From positions 11,966,001 to 12,030,000 of the forward strand of contig NC_058368.1 in assembly GCF_018350175.1 (NCBI RefSeq): a stretch of 64,000 nt of DNA, in the 5' to 3' direction. Made by a program: the position numbers and the translations under genes. This stretch comes from Felis catus (Eukaryota). Below are positions 37,802 to 51,398 of the stretch, piece after piece. Under the pieces are notes generated by a model. The model saw nothing but the letters and a program-made list of their open reading frames with translations. It did no database searches and was not told the DNA's origin. Each line of letters opens with the position of its first letter. Positions within the stretch are counted from its first letter, which is position 1.

Positions 37802-38256
37802 GGTTCTTTTTTTACCATAAGGATGCAAATGAATAAAAAGCTCCCCCGGTTCCCTTAGAAAGCACATCACTACAAAATATCCCTCTGCCCACCTCAGTTT
37901 CCATAAGCTGTCGTCAGTGGAACAAGGGAGCCCAACACCCCTCACTTTCTTTCGGCGTCTCAACGGGACCAGGCCTGTCTGCTCTGGGACAAAACAAGAG
38001 AGGCTTCCTTGCGGCCCTCCTCTCCCACCTCTTCAGGGACATTCGTGAGAAGTCTGCTAGGCTGGGGCAGGCTTGCCAAGGTGGGGTCAAGCTTCACAGC
38101 CCTTCTCCTTAGGCATTCAGAGCCTTCACTCCTACCTGTAACATCCGAATAAATTCTTGTCCTGAGGCCGGTCAAGGCCTCACTGAGGTGCTGTGTCGCT
38201 GAGATTATGCCTTGTGCTTCCTTCGTCCTATTGCTCTGCTGCAATGTCCTCACTCA

Positions 38257-38345
38257 CTATGTTTTATCAGTTCTAAAGGCATGTTTTTGGGGGCGGACAT
38301 ATTTTAGCATCTTTGAAATCGGGATGCATCTTACAATCAGTAGAA
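38257..38345 (+). mobile_element. Kanga/MER104-like (TcMar-Tc2) terminal fragment
   Basis: TTTTAGCATCTTTGAAATCGGGATGCATCTTACAATC resembles the recalled Tc2-type end. Confidence 0.55.
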
Positions 38346-41016
38346 ATTCCATTTCGTACCAACTCTGTCCTGAAGGCTGTGCTGTGAACAGCCTGTGGCC
38401 CCGAACACATGCTGAGCTTTCCTGCCAGGCCGTCTCTGCTCCTGCTGTGTCTTCTGCTTTCCGTGCTTTGTCTGCCTGTGGAAACCGGTCCAGCTCAAAG
38501 ACTCGGGTGTATGTGGAGGCTTCCCTGATTATTCCCATCCAGAAATTATCCGTTTCTTCCCTAAAATCTCTACAGAGATCTGTTTGTGCCTTCCCGTGGT
38601 ATTTAGAGCCTTCCTGAAAACTGTTTATCAAATTGTTTTTCTTCCTAATAAATTCTGATTCTGATTCTCGTGGGCATATGTAAGCAAAAGATACATTTAA
38701 AATCCTCAAACGGTTGCTTTTCCATGAGCAATTTGGTAAGGAAGTTTTGGCAAAACTCTGATTCAGATACAGTATCTGCTATTAATTTTATGTGAGATTT
38801 TTCTGTGTAAGGATCAACAGAAGGACATGAAAATACAAGTACTTAAGAATACTTTCAATGTCCTATTATTTATTCTAAAAATTTCATATTTTTTCAAATT
38901 TAAAAAAATCCAAGGAAAATAGAAAAATAGAAATGTTTCTGAATTTTTCATCTCCTCTCTTCTACCCCTAGGGCATTTACCTTTTTGATCCTTGGGGAGA
39001 AAGCAGAATAGGTAATGAGCCCAAATTATGGTGGGGAGGCTTGGGGGTGTTTGCCTTAAATGCCAGGGTGGAAACATAGATTTAAACCTGCTTAACTAGG
39101 AGGAACTCTTTCAGAGAGTTCTGAAATGAGGGAAGCGGTAAGCAATTTTTCCTGTCTCAGCTCATGGAGGCCCGGGACGCTGTGGTCACTCAAAGTGGGA
39201 AGTAGGGAATGAACCCAAGGGCCTTCAGCATCCCCTAGCAAACACTTACAGAACTTTCACCGTGTGCTGGGCAGAGGATGGCTTGTGGATGATGGATGTC
39301 TGGCACTGGGCTTTCCAGAATGTGTATTCAAATTAGCCAGGCAGTTTCCACGCCCTAAGCTAAAGCAGTGAGAAACAACAAAGGTTTGAGTCTGAGGAGT
39401 GGAAGGAAAGGACTACAAAAAGAAGTAGATAAATACGATAGAGAGAAGAGTTTCTGAGAGTAAATGATGAGTTCAGTTAGGTCCTCAAAGAAATCTTCAC
39501 TGACATACTTTTAGTTGGAGAAACCGTCTAAGCTATTATCAGTACGTGCGCCTTAGTGTGAATGAGTCTGGGAGCATTTCTGTAGAGCAGATTTTACAAC
39601 AGTGGCTGTGGGGGAACACTGAGCACCCAAGGAGGAGAGGGGTGCGGCTGAGGGAGGAAAGATGGCAGGGCAGAGGACTCCTTCCCCCTGTGTTCCTGAG
39701 ACTGCCCTGGAGGAAGAGGCAAAGACAAGATCTGCTCTGGTCTTCCTGTAGGCAAGAGCTATCTAGGCCTGCCGTGTGACTTGGGGGACCATGAGAAGCT
39801 GGGCTCCACCTCCAGCATCTGCCCTCTGGAGGGCTCTGGGTGGGTTGGCCATGGCTAGCCTGTGCTTGCGATCTGAACCCTCCATTCACAACGTGGCCTT
39901 TTCAGCCACACAAGTTGCGAACGCTGGGTTTGGCTGGTCACTGTCGTTGCCATCTTTCCTCAAGCTTCACAAAGTCTCATTTACAGCTGGGAATACAGTA
40001 CATAAAGAAAGGTGCTGAATCGCTGGAGCACCCGACAAAAACCGGCTTTCTATCACTTCCTCTGAAGGCCCCGAGAGCTAAGATAGCATCTGAGGCGAGG
40101 GAGACTTTGTTATCTGGCAAATAGGTATTCCAGTGTGTACTCATATGCCCAGTCACTCAAGATTCATCTCTGCAGGAAACTTTCAACCAAACAAAAACAT
40201 CGCTTTCTTACTCCCTTAGGTTTCAGCAGTATTGAATCATTGCATTGATCTGTCTTTTCATGGTTGGTATTGTGTCTTTTAAGTGCGAATGGGATCTGTG
40301 ACCACATTGCAAATCCTAAGATTGTTTCTCAGAGCACAGCATGGAAATGGTAGCATACAAATACTGTTTGCAGAAGGCCTTGTAGCCTTCCACAGAAAGG
40401 TCGATTGGCAATGCGATTTCTCAATTCAACTCCAAAACAATTAAGCATTTATTGAACATCTATTATGGACTAAGCTTTATGCCGGGCACAGGAGATGCAA
40501 AGACGTAAAGTGAGAAACTATCCTCACCCTTGAGTTTCATTCATTCATTTATTCAACAAAACCCTATTCTAGGCACCGCTGCTACCACGCCAGTGTTATC
40601 TCATGGAGGTCATATTACAGCAGGGGCAGGAAACAAATAGTATAACAGCAGGTGATGATTCCTAGGCCTTAGGGAGAGAGAAAGCAGGTAACCCGAGTCT
40701 ATGTGTGTCTGTGTATTTTAGATGGGTGGTCATGAAAGACCTCTCTGAAGAGATGGCACCTGGCTAGAATTCTGAATAAATCAGGGACAGATTTACCAGG
40801 GACAGATTACCTTGTAGGAGGTGGCTTGTCTTGTGTGCCCGAGCAACAACTTGAAGGCAGTGGCTGGGCTTGGTGAGCAAGGGGGGATCTGCAGGAGGTG
40901 AAGGCCAAAGAACCAGGTCAGATCGTGCAAGGCTTAGAGGACACTTCTGGACTTAAATTTTATGCTGTTTTATTTTGATTTTTGCAGTTTGATTTATTTT
41001 TAGCGTACGGGATTTT

Positions 41017-41214
41017 AAAAGTTTACTTATTTTGAGAGACAGAGAGTGAGCACAAGCAGAGGAGGGGCAGAGAGACAGGAGAGAGAATCCCGAGCAGGCT
41101 CTGCTCTCTCAGCACAGAGCCTGATGCAGGGCTCAATCTCATGAACCATGAGATCATGACCTGAGCCAAAACCAAGAATAGGACACTTAACTGACTAAGC
41201 CACCCAGGCACCCC
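41017..41214 (-). mobile_element. Older Can-SINE
   Basis: Full antisense body; diverged TSD TAGCGTACGGGATT/TAGCATATAGGGTT. Confidence 0.92.
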
Positions 41215-41243
41215 TAGCATATAGGGTTTAGAAAAAGAAAAAC

Positions 41244-41273
41244 ATTAAAAAAAATTTTTAATGTTTATTTATT

Positions 41274-41314
<41 letters not shown>

Positions 41315-41459
41315 GGGCAGAGAGAGAAGGAGACACAGAACTGAAGCAGGGCCCAAGCTCTCAGCACAGAGCCTGATGTGCGGCTTGAACCCATGAACGA
41401 TGAGCTCATGACCTGAGCCAAAGTTAGATGCTTAACTGACTGAGCCACCTAGGCACCCC
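41244..41459 (-). mobile_element. Can-SINE (SINEC_Fc type)
   Basis: TSD AAAAAGAAAAAC on both sides. Confidence 0.93.
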
Positions 41460-43639
41460 AAAAAAGAAAAACTTTAACTGAAGCATAACAAACACAGAAA
41501 AATACACAAATCTCAGGTATACAGACTGAATATACCTGTGTAACCAACACCCAAGGTTGAGAAACAGAATTTCACCGGCACCCCATCCTAGCGCCGCCTC
41601 ACAGACACCCTTCCCTCCCCATAGAGAACAACCATCTGGCTCCCAGAATGACTGATTTTGAAGTTCATACAAATGAAATGTGTCTTTTGTGTCTTGTTTC
41701 ATTCATTCAACATTATGATTCTGAGATTCTTCCATGTTGTGTGTTGTGTTTGTTCATTCTTGTTACTGTATAATATTTCATTATATGAATATTCCACAAT
41801 TCATTAATCTATCCATTCGGGTTGTTTTCAGCTTTTGGCTATTTCAAATACAGCTGTTATGAGCATGCATCTATGTATCTTTTGGTATATATGTGTGTGT
41901 TGATATAAATCTAGGGATCAAATTGCTGGCTCATGGAATAAATATATGTTCAACTTCAGTAAATAGTATCAATTTCCAAAGTGTTTGCATCACGTTTCAC
42001 CCAGATCAGCATTTTATGAAAGTTCCAGTTGTTTCATACTCTTGCCAGTGCTTGGGATAGCTTGTCTTTTGGCTTGTGTGTGTTAGCCGTTCTGTTGTGC
42101 ATGTCGTGGTGTGCCATTGTAATTTTAATTTGTATTTTCCTGACACTCATGAACTTAAACACATTTTCATTTTCATATGTTTGTGGGCCATTAGGATATC
42201 TTATGTTGAGAGTTCCCTGTTCAACTCTTTTGCCCATTTTTGTTTTCTGTTAATTGAATGTCTTTTTGAATACTTTGTAGTTCTCTATATATTCTGGATA
42301 CAAATCCTTGGTTGAATATTTATATTGCAAATATCTCTCACTCTGTTTTGTATCTTTATTCTCTTTATGGCATCTTTTGTGGGGGGAAGTTCTTAATTTT
42401 AATGCAGCTTTTTTATTATTTGTGGGGTTTTATTTTTGTGTTTTGTTTAAGAAATCTTTTCATATTCAAAGCTAACAAAGATCTTCTTTTATGCTTTTGT
42501 TTTGCAATTTTATTATGTTATCTTTCACATTCAGGTCTGCAGTCCATCCAGACTTCATTTCCTTGCATGATGTGAGGTAGGGATGACACTTCAATTTCAC
42601 ACATATGGCTAGCCATTTGACCCAGCACCATTTATTGGAAAGATCATCCTTTCTTCATTAGATTTAATTTTGAGTGCAGTGAGGAGCTGTTTGAGCCTGT
42701 TCCACAAGGGATTGACATGATCAGATCTGTTTTGAGAAGATCAATGTGACTGTGCTATAAAGAACAGATGGTGGGAGGCAGGGGTGAAAGCAGGGAACCT
42801 AGGAAAGAGGTTGTTATAAATAGGCCAGATGAGAGATGGTGGGTACATGGAGTAGGGTGGTAACAGTGAAGATGAAGAGATATATTTTGAAGATCTTGTT
42901 TCATAGGGCCAGCTCATGAATTGGATGCAGGGTGTGACTAAAACGACAGAAGTCAAATGTGGCTCCAGAGTTTTTGACCTGAACAATTAAGCAAATAATG
43001 GAGAACTACGGGAGGGTACCTGAGCTCTCCAATATCCATGAAAATAATTCTAGCTGTCAGACCTGTGTTCAAATTTGGTTTAACGTTTTATTTATAAACA
43101 CGTGGAAGAAAATATAAGTTGATTAAGTCAACACGAATTTGAGCTCTTTTCTCCTTTGTCTTTTGTCTACCAGTGAAATTGGAAAATGAAAATACTTCAC
43201 AGCCTCCCTTGCAGCTAACAATGACCACATAACATAGTCCTTGTCAACAACCAGTTTCAGAGGTGTCTTGGAGCCCCGAGGGGTGCCTGATACATGGTAG
43301 GTGCTGTGATATTTGTTGAGTGAAAGAAGAAAAGAATGAAAAGTATAAATGATGTAATTCAAGATATAAGAGGTAAAGGAGATATTTCTGGAATGACATC
43401 GATGGAAGAAAAAGGAAAGTGATGGAGAACAAAGGCTGAGCAGCTGGCTTTGGCAAAATAGAAGGACAGGTTTTCTCTGAGAGCAGGTCATCGATTGTCC
43501 TGATGGTCACTCAGTCCAAGGAACTTCTTTTATTCTTGACTTTGACTCTGGTGAGTTAATGTTGATTACCCTCTCTGAGTTTTCCACTTTTATCCTCTCT
43601 TCTAGTTCTCTTACTTCTCTGGTCACACCTTTTTTGGGG

Positions 43640-44975
43640 GGGGGATAGCTTTATTGAGATATAATTCACATACCATACAATCCATCCATTTGATATGTAC
43701 AATACAATGGCTTTTAGCCCATTCACAGATATGTGCAAACTCTACTTCGAAAAGAAATCTGTACCTCTTAGTGGTTCACCGTTCTTTCACCACCCCCAGC
43801 CCTAAGTAGCCATGCATTAAGTGCTTTTATTCTTCCTTTCCAATCTAGGTCCTCTTACTTCTGTTTCTTGCCCAATTGTCCTGGCTAGAATCACCCATTA
43901 AGTGTTGAATAAAAATGGTGAGAGACAAAAAAATGGATGTCTTCATCTTATTCTTGATCTTAGGTGGAAGTTATCCAGTTTTCACCATTAAGCACAATGT
44001 TAGGAGTAGGTTTTTGTAGATGCTTTTTAATTGGGTTGAGGAAGTTCCTAATTCTTCCTATTCTTAATTTGTAGAGTATTTTTGACACGAAAGTATGTTG
44101 GATTTTGTCAGATGCTATTAGTGCCTTTTTTGAGATGATCATATAGCATTTCTTTTTTATTCTATTAATATGATCTATTATATTAATTGACTTTTAGATA
44201 TGAAATCAATCTTTCTTCCTGGGACAAATATCACTTGGTTAATGCTGTATAACTACATTTATATGTTGCTAGATTTAGTTTATTGATATTTAATTGAGGA
44301 TTTGTGTTCATATTCCTAAGAGATATTAGTTTTCTTGTGCTGTCCTTGGATTTTGTATCAGGGTAATACTGGTTGTATACGTGAGTTGGGAAGTATTTTC
44401 TCCCCTTCTATTTTTTGGAAAGAGTTGTAAAGAATTGACATTAACTCTTTAAATGTTTGGTAGAATTCAATGGTGATGCCATCTAGGCCTGTTGTGGGTA
44501 GTTTATTGATTACTAATTCAACCTCTTCACTTGTTAAAGGTCTATTCAGAATTTCCAGTTCTTTTTGAGTCCATTTCAGTAGTCTGTGTCTTTCTAAGAA
44601 TTTGTCCATTCTTTCTAAGAATTTGTCCATTTCATCTACACTATTTAACTTATTGGCACACAATTGTTCTTAGTATTTTTTTACATTCTTTTTTATTTCT
44701 GTAAGGTTAGTAGTAATATCCCTTCTTGTACTTCTGACTCTAGCAATTTTTTCTTGGTCAGTCTGGCTAAAGATTTGTTGATCTTTCCAAAGAACCAGAC
44801 TTTGGTTTCATTGATTTGTTTATTATTTTTCTATTCTCTAACTCAATAATTTCTGCCCTGATCTTTATTATTTCTTTCTTTTTGCTTGCTTTAGATTTAG
44901 TTTCTTTCCCCCCAATGTTTTAAGGTAGAAGGTTAGGTAATTGATTTGAAAATTTTCTTCTCTTTTAATATAGTT
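43640..44975 (-). mobile_element. Old L1: 3' end joined to an ORF2 (Z/RT region) remnant
   Basis: ORFs read ANKLNSVDEMDKFLER..LNRPLTSEEVELVINKLP..GLDGITIEFYQTFKE and MIISKKALIASDKIQHTF, typical decayed ORF2p. Confidence 0.92.
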
Positions 44976-45867
44976 TTACATATACAATATACAATACAAC
45001 CATAATACCTTAGAGAAGCTTTTAGGGAAGGCAGGTGCCTGAGAACCTGATCCTCTTAAAAGACTATAATTTGTGCTGCCAAAATCTGGAGTCCTCTCCT
45101 GGATGGCTCTTGGTGTGTGGTCAACTGAATGAGTTTTCAGATTTATAAGGAAAGATCTGGAGAGAGACATAGACAGGGAAAAGACTCTTCATGATAAAGT
45201 GGGAGAGTCAATTTTTTCTGCCAGATGGAGGACAAGCCGGGAAGAGGGACTCTGGGGAGTGACATCCAGAGTGGGCCACAAGATGCAGATAAAGCCACCT
45301 CATACAAGTGACAGGAGCAGGTGCAATGATGGAGGGAGAAGATTCAGCAGGTGCTGAAATGTAGAACCAAAGAAACGTATTAGGTGAAACAGAAGCTTGG
45401 GGAAGAAAGGGAATCAAGGCCATTTTTATTTAAGTATTACAAAATAAACATGACTTCCCAACACTGGCAATGTCATGGTCACCTAGGTAGTCTGGCTTTG
45501 TCCATGTCTCTTTTCTCCGCATACGGGAAGTGAGTCCCTTGGCTCATCTGAGGACATCACATCCAACACAGTATGGGACTTGGTTGTTGAAATAATCAAT
45601 GAACAAGACATGAATAAGGATGGAAGAGATTGGGGAGGGAGTTAAGAGGCTGGGAGTGCTGGGGCAGGCCAAACAGGGTTGAGTGATCAAGGAAGAGGGT
45701 TAGATAAGGACCCAACAAGAAAAAATTCTGTGGGACTCAGATTTCTAGCAGCCATGTTCCCTGAGAGGAGAAGTGGCCCAAGGACTGAAGGACCAACCAG
45801 GTGGGCTGTGAGGCAGACAAGGGGCCCTTTCCCTGGCTGGGGACTCTATTGTCAGATGTTTTTTTCT

Positions 45868-46316
45868 TTTTTTTTAATTTATTTTTTTTCTTTTCTTTTC
45901 TTTTCTTTTCTTTTCTTTTCTTTGTGAAATTTATTGTCAAATTGGTTTCCATACAACACCCAGTGCTCATCCCAAAAGGTGCTCTCCTCAATACCCATCA
46001 CCCGCCCTCCCCTCCCTCCCACCCCGAATCAACCCTCAGTTTGTTCTCAGCTTTTAAGAGTCTCTTATGCTTTGGCTCTCTCCCACTCTACCCTCTTTTT
46101 TTTTTTTTTTTTCCTTCCCCTCCCCCATGGGTTTCTGTTAAGTTTCTCAGGATACACATAAGAGTGAAAACATATGGTATCTGTCTTTCTCTGTATGGCT
46201 TATTTCACTTAGCATCACACTCTCCATTTCCATCCACGTTGCTACAAAGGGCCATATTTCATTCTTTCTCATTGCCACGTAGTACTCCATTGTGTATAGA
46301 AACCACAATTTCTTTA
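45868..46316 (-). mobile_element. 5'-truncated cat-type L1 (L1_Fc) 3' end
   Basis: AAATTTATTGTCAAATTGGTTTCCATACAACACCCAGTGCTCATCCCAAAAGGTGC; TSD GTCAGATGTTTTTT(T)CT at 45851-45867 and 46317-46332. Confidence 0.96.
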
Positions 46317-46375
46317 GTCAGATGTTTTTTCTAAGTGCAGCCACTGACTATTTACTTTTATAAGAAGTGTGGCTT

Positions 46376-46615
46376 CAGGCGCCTGGGTGGCTCAGTCTCT
46401 CAGGCATCCGGACTCTTGATTTTGGCTCAGGTCATGATCTCACGGTTCATGAAATTGAGCCCTGTGTTGGGCTCTGCACTGACAGTGTGAAGCCTGCTTG
46501 GGTTTTTCTCTCTCCCTTTCTCTCTGTCCCTCCCCAGCTCACACGCTTTTTCTCTCTTTCTCTCTCTCAAAATAAATACATAAATAAACATGAAAACATT
46601 AAAAAAAAAAAAAAA
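46376..46615 (+). mobile_element. Older Can-SINE
   Basis: TSD AAGAAGTGT(GG/TC)CTT on both flanks. Confidence 0.93.
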
Positions 46616-47471
46616 AAGAAGTGTTCCTTGAGTGACTTTGCTATGTTTGGATAATACTAAGTAAAGCAATGATTTATGGGCAACTGTTGAGAGCAGCCTT
46701 AAACCCCAGCCCTGGGCTGGCAAGATAATATTGCTATATTCTTTGGAAGATCTCCTCTTCAGAGTTTATTACCCTTCTCGAGGTTGTAGTCAAATAAAGT
46801 TATGTTTGCTTAAACCGGATGTGCTTATCTGAGTTGTCTTCCTTTTAGGAAAAAAAGAATGGATACAGTGACATAAATCTCCAGGGCACCACGGAGATGA
46901 AACTGATGGGGCCACATGCCGCGGGAGGGAGGGGGTGATACCCTGGGGGATGGACACACTGGGAGAAAAAGTGAAAGCAAACAGTCACATTTGTACAGCC
47001 CCAGTCCTGGAAGTGGATTTTGATTCCTGTCACACGCAGCTCCAAGGTGCCCCAGCAGCCGAGCCCCTTCTGTGTTTGCTTATTTGTTTAGCAAAGGGAA
47101 ATGTCCCCAGTCTAGCAGACTTCACGAACTGTTTGCCTGAAGGGAATCACAATGAGGGAGCGAAACCGGAAGGCAGGAAATAAGGCTCGAACATAGGCTA
47201 TTCTTTTTGAAAGGGCATTTGTACAATGACTGTATAATGTTCTGTCTGACCAAACAAACCATAGTTTTAAGAAATTATCTGTTTTGTCACTTCTATTTCC
47301 TCAGTGTCACATAGTAGGCGCTCAGTAAATATTGTCTTGATGCATCTGGTTTGTTTTCAGTTTTTGTCTTTCCAAGCGATGCTGCCTGTGAACACGGCTA
47401 CCTACAGGCTCTGCGTGTATCTGATCACATCCTCCGGATAAATTCTTAGGAATGAAATCACTGGTTTAGAG

Positions 47472-47630
47472 CCATGCTTCTCAACGTGCACACGAATCAT
47501 CTGGGGGTCTCGTTACAATGCAGGATCCGGTTCTATGTGTCTGGGGTGGAACCTGAGAGCCTGCATTTTTAAGAAGCTTCGGGTCCTGCTGACGCTGCTG
47601 GTTCAGGGACCACACTTTGTCACTTGAAGC
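47472..47630. mobile_element. MER5A (hAT-Charlie) MITE
   Basis: GCTTCTCAA..GAATCATCTGGGG..CTGGGGTGGAACCTGAGAGCCTGCATTTTTAA..GCTGCTGGTTCAGGGACCACACTTTG. Confidence 0.85.
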
Positions 47631-49039
47631 CCTAGATAAGCAGGTGGGGCCGCTCCCCTCCAGGGGGTGGGCTTGAGTGGACCAGGCCCTGGGTGTCGGG
47701 AGAAAAGAGGCAACTAAGGTCTCTAAAGTCAGTCCCTAGACTGTCCAGGTGAATGTGTGTCCTTCCCTCATAAAATATGAGAACGACTAAAGAAATAGCG
47801 GTGGTGAGTTTTGTGAACTGTTGGGAATCCAATAGACACTCTGAGAACCCAGAAAATCACTAACGAGCTAATAAATAGGCAGCTGGCAACCTGCCAATTC
47901 TCAGGAGCATCCATCCAGGCCCCACGCAGGAACAGGTGATTGCGGGGTCAGCTCAGGCTAGCTTTGCTGGGGACAGTCACACTGCCATCTGCCGAACCCT
48001 GCCTCGGGCTGAGAGCAAACTGCTCCCTCCTCCTTGCCTCCACTGTGGGGTCTTGAGGGACAACTTGCCGCAATTCAGCCCTCGGTCAGCAGGAACCCTT
48101 TGCTCCGAAGAAACTTGCCCCAAGATACCCATTGTCCTTCTGTCTGGGTTTACTCCTTCTTATGTTTATTTCCGGGACTGTTCTCTTCAAAGTGGCGCTC
48201 AGGGGGCCGGCCAGAGAAGGGCGGGAAGTGCGGTGGGTAGCGTGCCCCCAAGAACTTCCACCGCAGATTTACAAACGGAGTGTGAGCTCCGGCTTGTGAT
48301 GTGGTCGACCTCCAGGGATAGTTCTGAAAAGCTGCCAGGGTTTTATCAGTTCTTATTAACGGTTTCATTTGGAGAGATTTGCCCCTGAGGTGATTTTGTG
48401 AGATGCAATCTAAAACCGAAACAAAGAAATGATTCACCGAAAGCATCATTTAGCCTGCAAGGGGAGAGGAATCATTCCTTCCATAAAGGCCTTTGCTAAG
48501 AACTAAACGCCGTGAAAACCCTGAAAACATATTTCAAATACTGCAGTTATTCTCAGGCAATCTGCTATGTCCTGTGTTTCTGCTAGTTCGATCACATGAG
48601 AGGAAATTTCTTTTCCAGCCGGGAGTTTCGGAGAATGTGACCAGTGCCAGGACACCACCTGGGCCCCAAAGGAGTGCTGGAAAGGTCTCGCAAACGTGGG
48701 ACCTGCTTTCACTCGGCCACCTGACCCAGCTAAGGAGACAGACCAGAGGCATACAGAATGTCCTGGTACCCAAGCCCTGAAAGTGCGCATCACAAGACCG
48801 AGCGAACGTAGACTAGCCTGATATGTACAGACGTCCGATTTCCCAGCGGAGGCGGCCTCCCCCTGTCTGTAGTTCTGGGACCCTTGTCTCTCGTGTGGAT
48901 CACTCTCATGGCTCTGTTGCTTCTGATCTTACAAAAAGTTTTTTGTGAATTTGTCTTAACTCCCTATCTCATAAGCTTCTTGGAGAATGTTAGGTCTGGC
49001 TCGACGTGGTAGCCTTCGTGCATAATAGACTCTCTGTCT

Positions 49040-49249
49040 TTTTTTTTTTTTTTTTTAATGTTTATTTTTGAGAGAGATAGAGCATGAGCAGGGGAGGGAC
49101 AGAGAGAGAGGGAGACACTTAATCTGAAGCAGGTTCTGGGCTCCGAGCTGTCAGCACAGAGCCTGATGCGGGGCTCAAACCCACGAACCGGGAGCTCATG
49201 ACCTGAGCCAAAGTCAGATGCTTAACCAACTGAGCCACCCAGACGCCCC
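49040..49249 (-). mobile_element. Can-SINE (SINEC_Fc type)
   Basis: TSD TAGACTCTC(T/A)GTCT at 49026-49039 and 49250-49263. Confidence 0.96.
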
Positions 49250-49439
49250 TAGACTCTCAGTCTCTTATGAACGAATGATGGGTAGAGGATCGGGTAGAGA
49301 CAAATCAAGAAGGTTTCCTGGAGGAGATGACTTTCCTCCTAGTTTCTGAAGAAAGTGATGACCTTGGGTTTGGTGAAAATATCTCCTTGATTTTCCTTTT
49401 CTCTGTTTTGTAGGCTTTCTATACCCTGTTCTTATTTTA

Positions 49440-49656
49440 TTTTATTTTTCATTTCATTTTTTTAAGTTTATTTATTTTTGACAGAAAGAAAGCAAGCAGG
49501 GCAGGGGCAGAGAGAGAGGAAGAGAGAGAATCCCCAGCAGGCTCCGTGCTGCCAGCACAGAGCCTGATGTGGGGCTTGAACCCACAAGCCACGAGATCAT
49601 GACCTGAGCCGAAATCAAGAGTCAACCCTTGACCAGTTGAGTCACCCAGGTGCCCC
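49440..49656 (-). mobile_element. Older Can-SINE
   Basis: TSD GTTCTTATTTTA at 49428-49439 and 49661-49672. Confidence 0.94.
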
Positions 49657-50355
49657 CCCCGTTCTTATTTTAAATGTGACTGATTCCCCAGGTCCTTCCA
49701 TGTGTGTCTGTCTGTATCAGTATCATCCATCTATATCTATACTCTTTCATCCGTAACTCTCATCTACATTTATATGGTGGCTCCCTTCCTCCAAAACTCC
49801 CATCAGACCTCCCTGTGGAGCGTGGTTATTCCCGTTCACGTAACTGTGCTCGTGGACAAAGACGCCTGCAGATCCTCCCATTTCCCTTGGTCACTTGGGA
49901 TCTCAGGATATGATTTCACTGACAGCCTGACTCTTTCTGTAATTCCTTTGCTGAACTGCCGATTCACAATTTCCTCGCAGCCTTTTGCTGAGTGTAACTC
50001 AAATCATCTGTGACTTTGACCCAACGACAGGAAGCTCACACCTCAGAGGCATGTGTCCCCTGGCATCAGAGTGGGCAGACGGTGTCCATCGCCCTTGTTT
50101 GTGAGAACATTTCAGAGCCAAATTCAAGCGCTGTCACCTTTGCCTGGATCTGACTCATGAACTAATTAGTCACATTTGCAGCTAAAGAAGAATGAGCTGT
50201 GGGAACAACTTGATTTATTTTCTCTTTCAACAATCTTTTGAACCTGACCGTGTATGGCGCAAGAGGTCTGCTCCTGTATCAGCAGCTTGACTGAAATATT
50301 TATTGAGCACTTCCCACAGACAGAGGAGTATGAGGGCTAAGAATTACAACGATGG

Positions 50356-50582
50356 AGGGGCGCCTGGGTGGCGCAGTCGGTTAAGCGTCCGACTTCAGCC
50401 AGGTCACGATCTCGCGGTCCGTGAGTTCGAGCCCCGCGTCAGGCTCTGGGCTGATGGCTCGGAGCCTGGAGCCTGCTTCCGATTCTGTGTCTCCCTCTCT
50501 CTCTGCCCCTCCCCCGTTCATGCTCTGTCTCTCTCTGTCGCAAAAATAAATAAACGTTGAAAAAAAATTAAAAAAAAAAAAA
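50356..50582 (+). mobile_element. Very young SINEC_Fc
   Basis: Near-consensus; perfect 17-bp TSD AAGAATTACAACGATGG at 50339-50355 and 50583-50599. Confidence 0.98.
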
Positions 50583-51345
50583 AAGAATTACAACGATGGG
50601 AAAAGAGGCAGGGGCTTTAAACTTACTTCCCGGGCTTGACAGGCAGGTCTCTGGGGAGCAGGAGACACCTGTTAACTTCTGATCCCAGGATGGGGCCAGG
50701 TCAGCCCTGCTCTCTTCTATGCTTCTGGCCATTTCTGGACAGACTAGAGCTCAGTGGGGTCTCTGGGGACAGAACCAGAGGCAGGAGCAGAAGTGCAAGC
50801 CTTCTAGACAATCCTACGATAATGGAACCGGCAGGGAAACAGAAGAAGAGCAGATTTTATGGTTGTATTTAGCTCACATTTTATCATGCAAATAACAGTG
50901 TGACCATTAGGTGAGGGCAGTGGTCAAGGATCAGCCTGGTACTTAGCCCTGCCCAGTAGTACTTGGAGAGAAACACCAAGCACTAAGCAAAAAGCACTCA
51001 GGGTCTCACGGTCCCAACTCAATAGCCAGATGAGGCTTTCAATACTGTTCCTCCTTAAGAGGGAGCAACCTTCTTTTTTCTTTTCTCTCTGCGTCTTCTC
51101 TTCACCACGAAGCCATCTCAATTCGAGGGCTCTCTGGTGCTGGGGCAGGAGCCCGGGGCGTGTCCGTGTGCAATGTGTGCATAGTGTGATCGTTGCCTAA
51201 CTTCAAGGGCTCTCTCAACAAACGATTTGCTTCTCAACAGTGCCTCTTATACCTACTTAAAAAAAAAGCTTCTGGAAATACAAATGAGAGCAGAGACCTC
51301 TGAAAGGTCCCTTGTCATAACTTCCTTCCATTTAAGAGACTAGTC

Positions 51346-51398
51346 GTGTGTGTGTGTGTGTGTGTGCGCGCACACGCGCGTGTGTGTGTGTGCACGTG
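51346..51398. repeat. Alternating purine-pyrimidine (GT/GC/AC) microsatellite
   Basis: (GT)n-GCGCGCACACGCGCG-(TG)n-CACGTG read directly. Confidence 0.95.

Larger units (their letters stand above)
40440..43000 (-). mobile_element. L2 split by an old L1 (~41470-42660) and two SINEs
   Basis: L2 tail CATTCATTCATTTATTCAACAAA at 40538; L2 resumes at TTTTGAGTGCAGTGAGGAGCTG near 42670; L1 antisense motifs GTGCCATTGTAATTTTAATTTGTATTTTCCTGA and CCCAGCACCATTTATTG in between. Confidence 0.75.

Noticed and set aside
44590..44632. 21-bp tandem duplication giving MDKFLERMDKFLER
   Set aside because: Ordinary slippage duplication in a dead L1 ORF2.
50357..50440. tRNA-like A/B boxes
   Set aside because: These are SINE heads, not tRNA genes.
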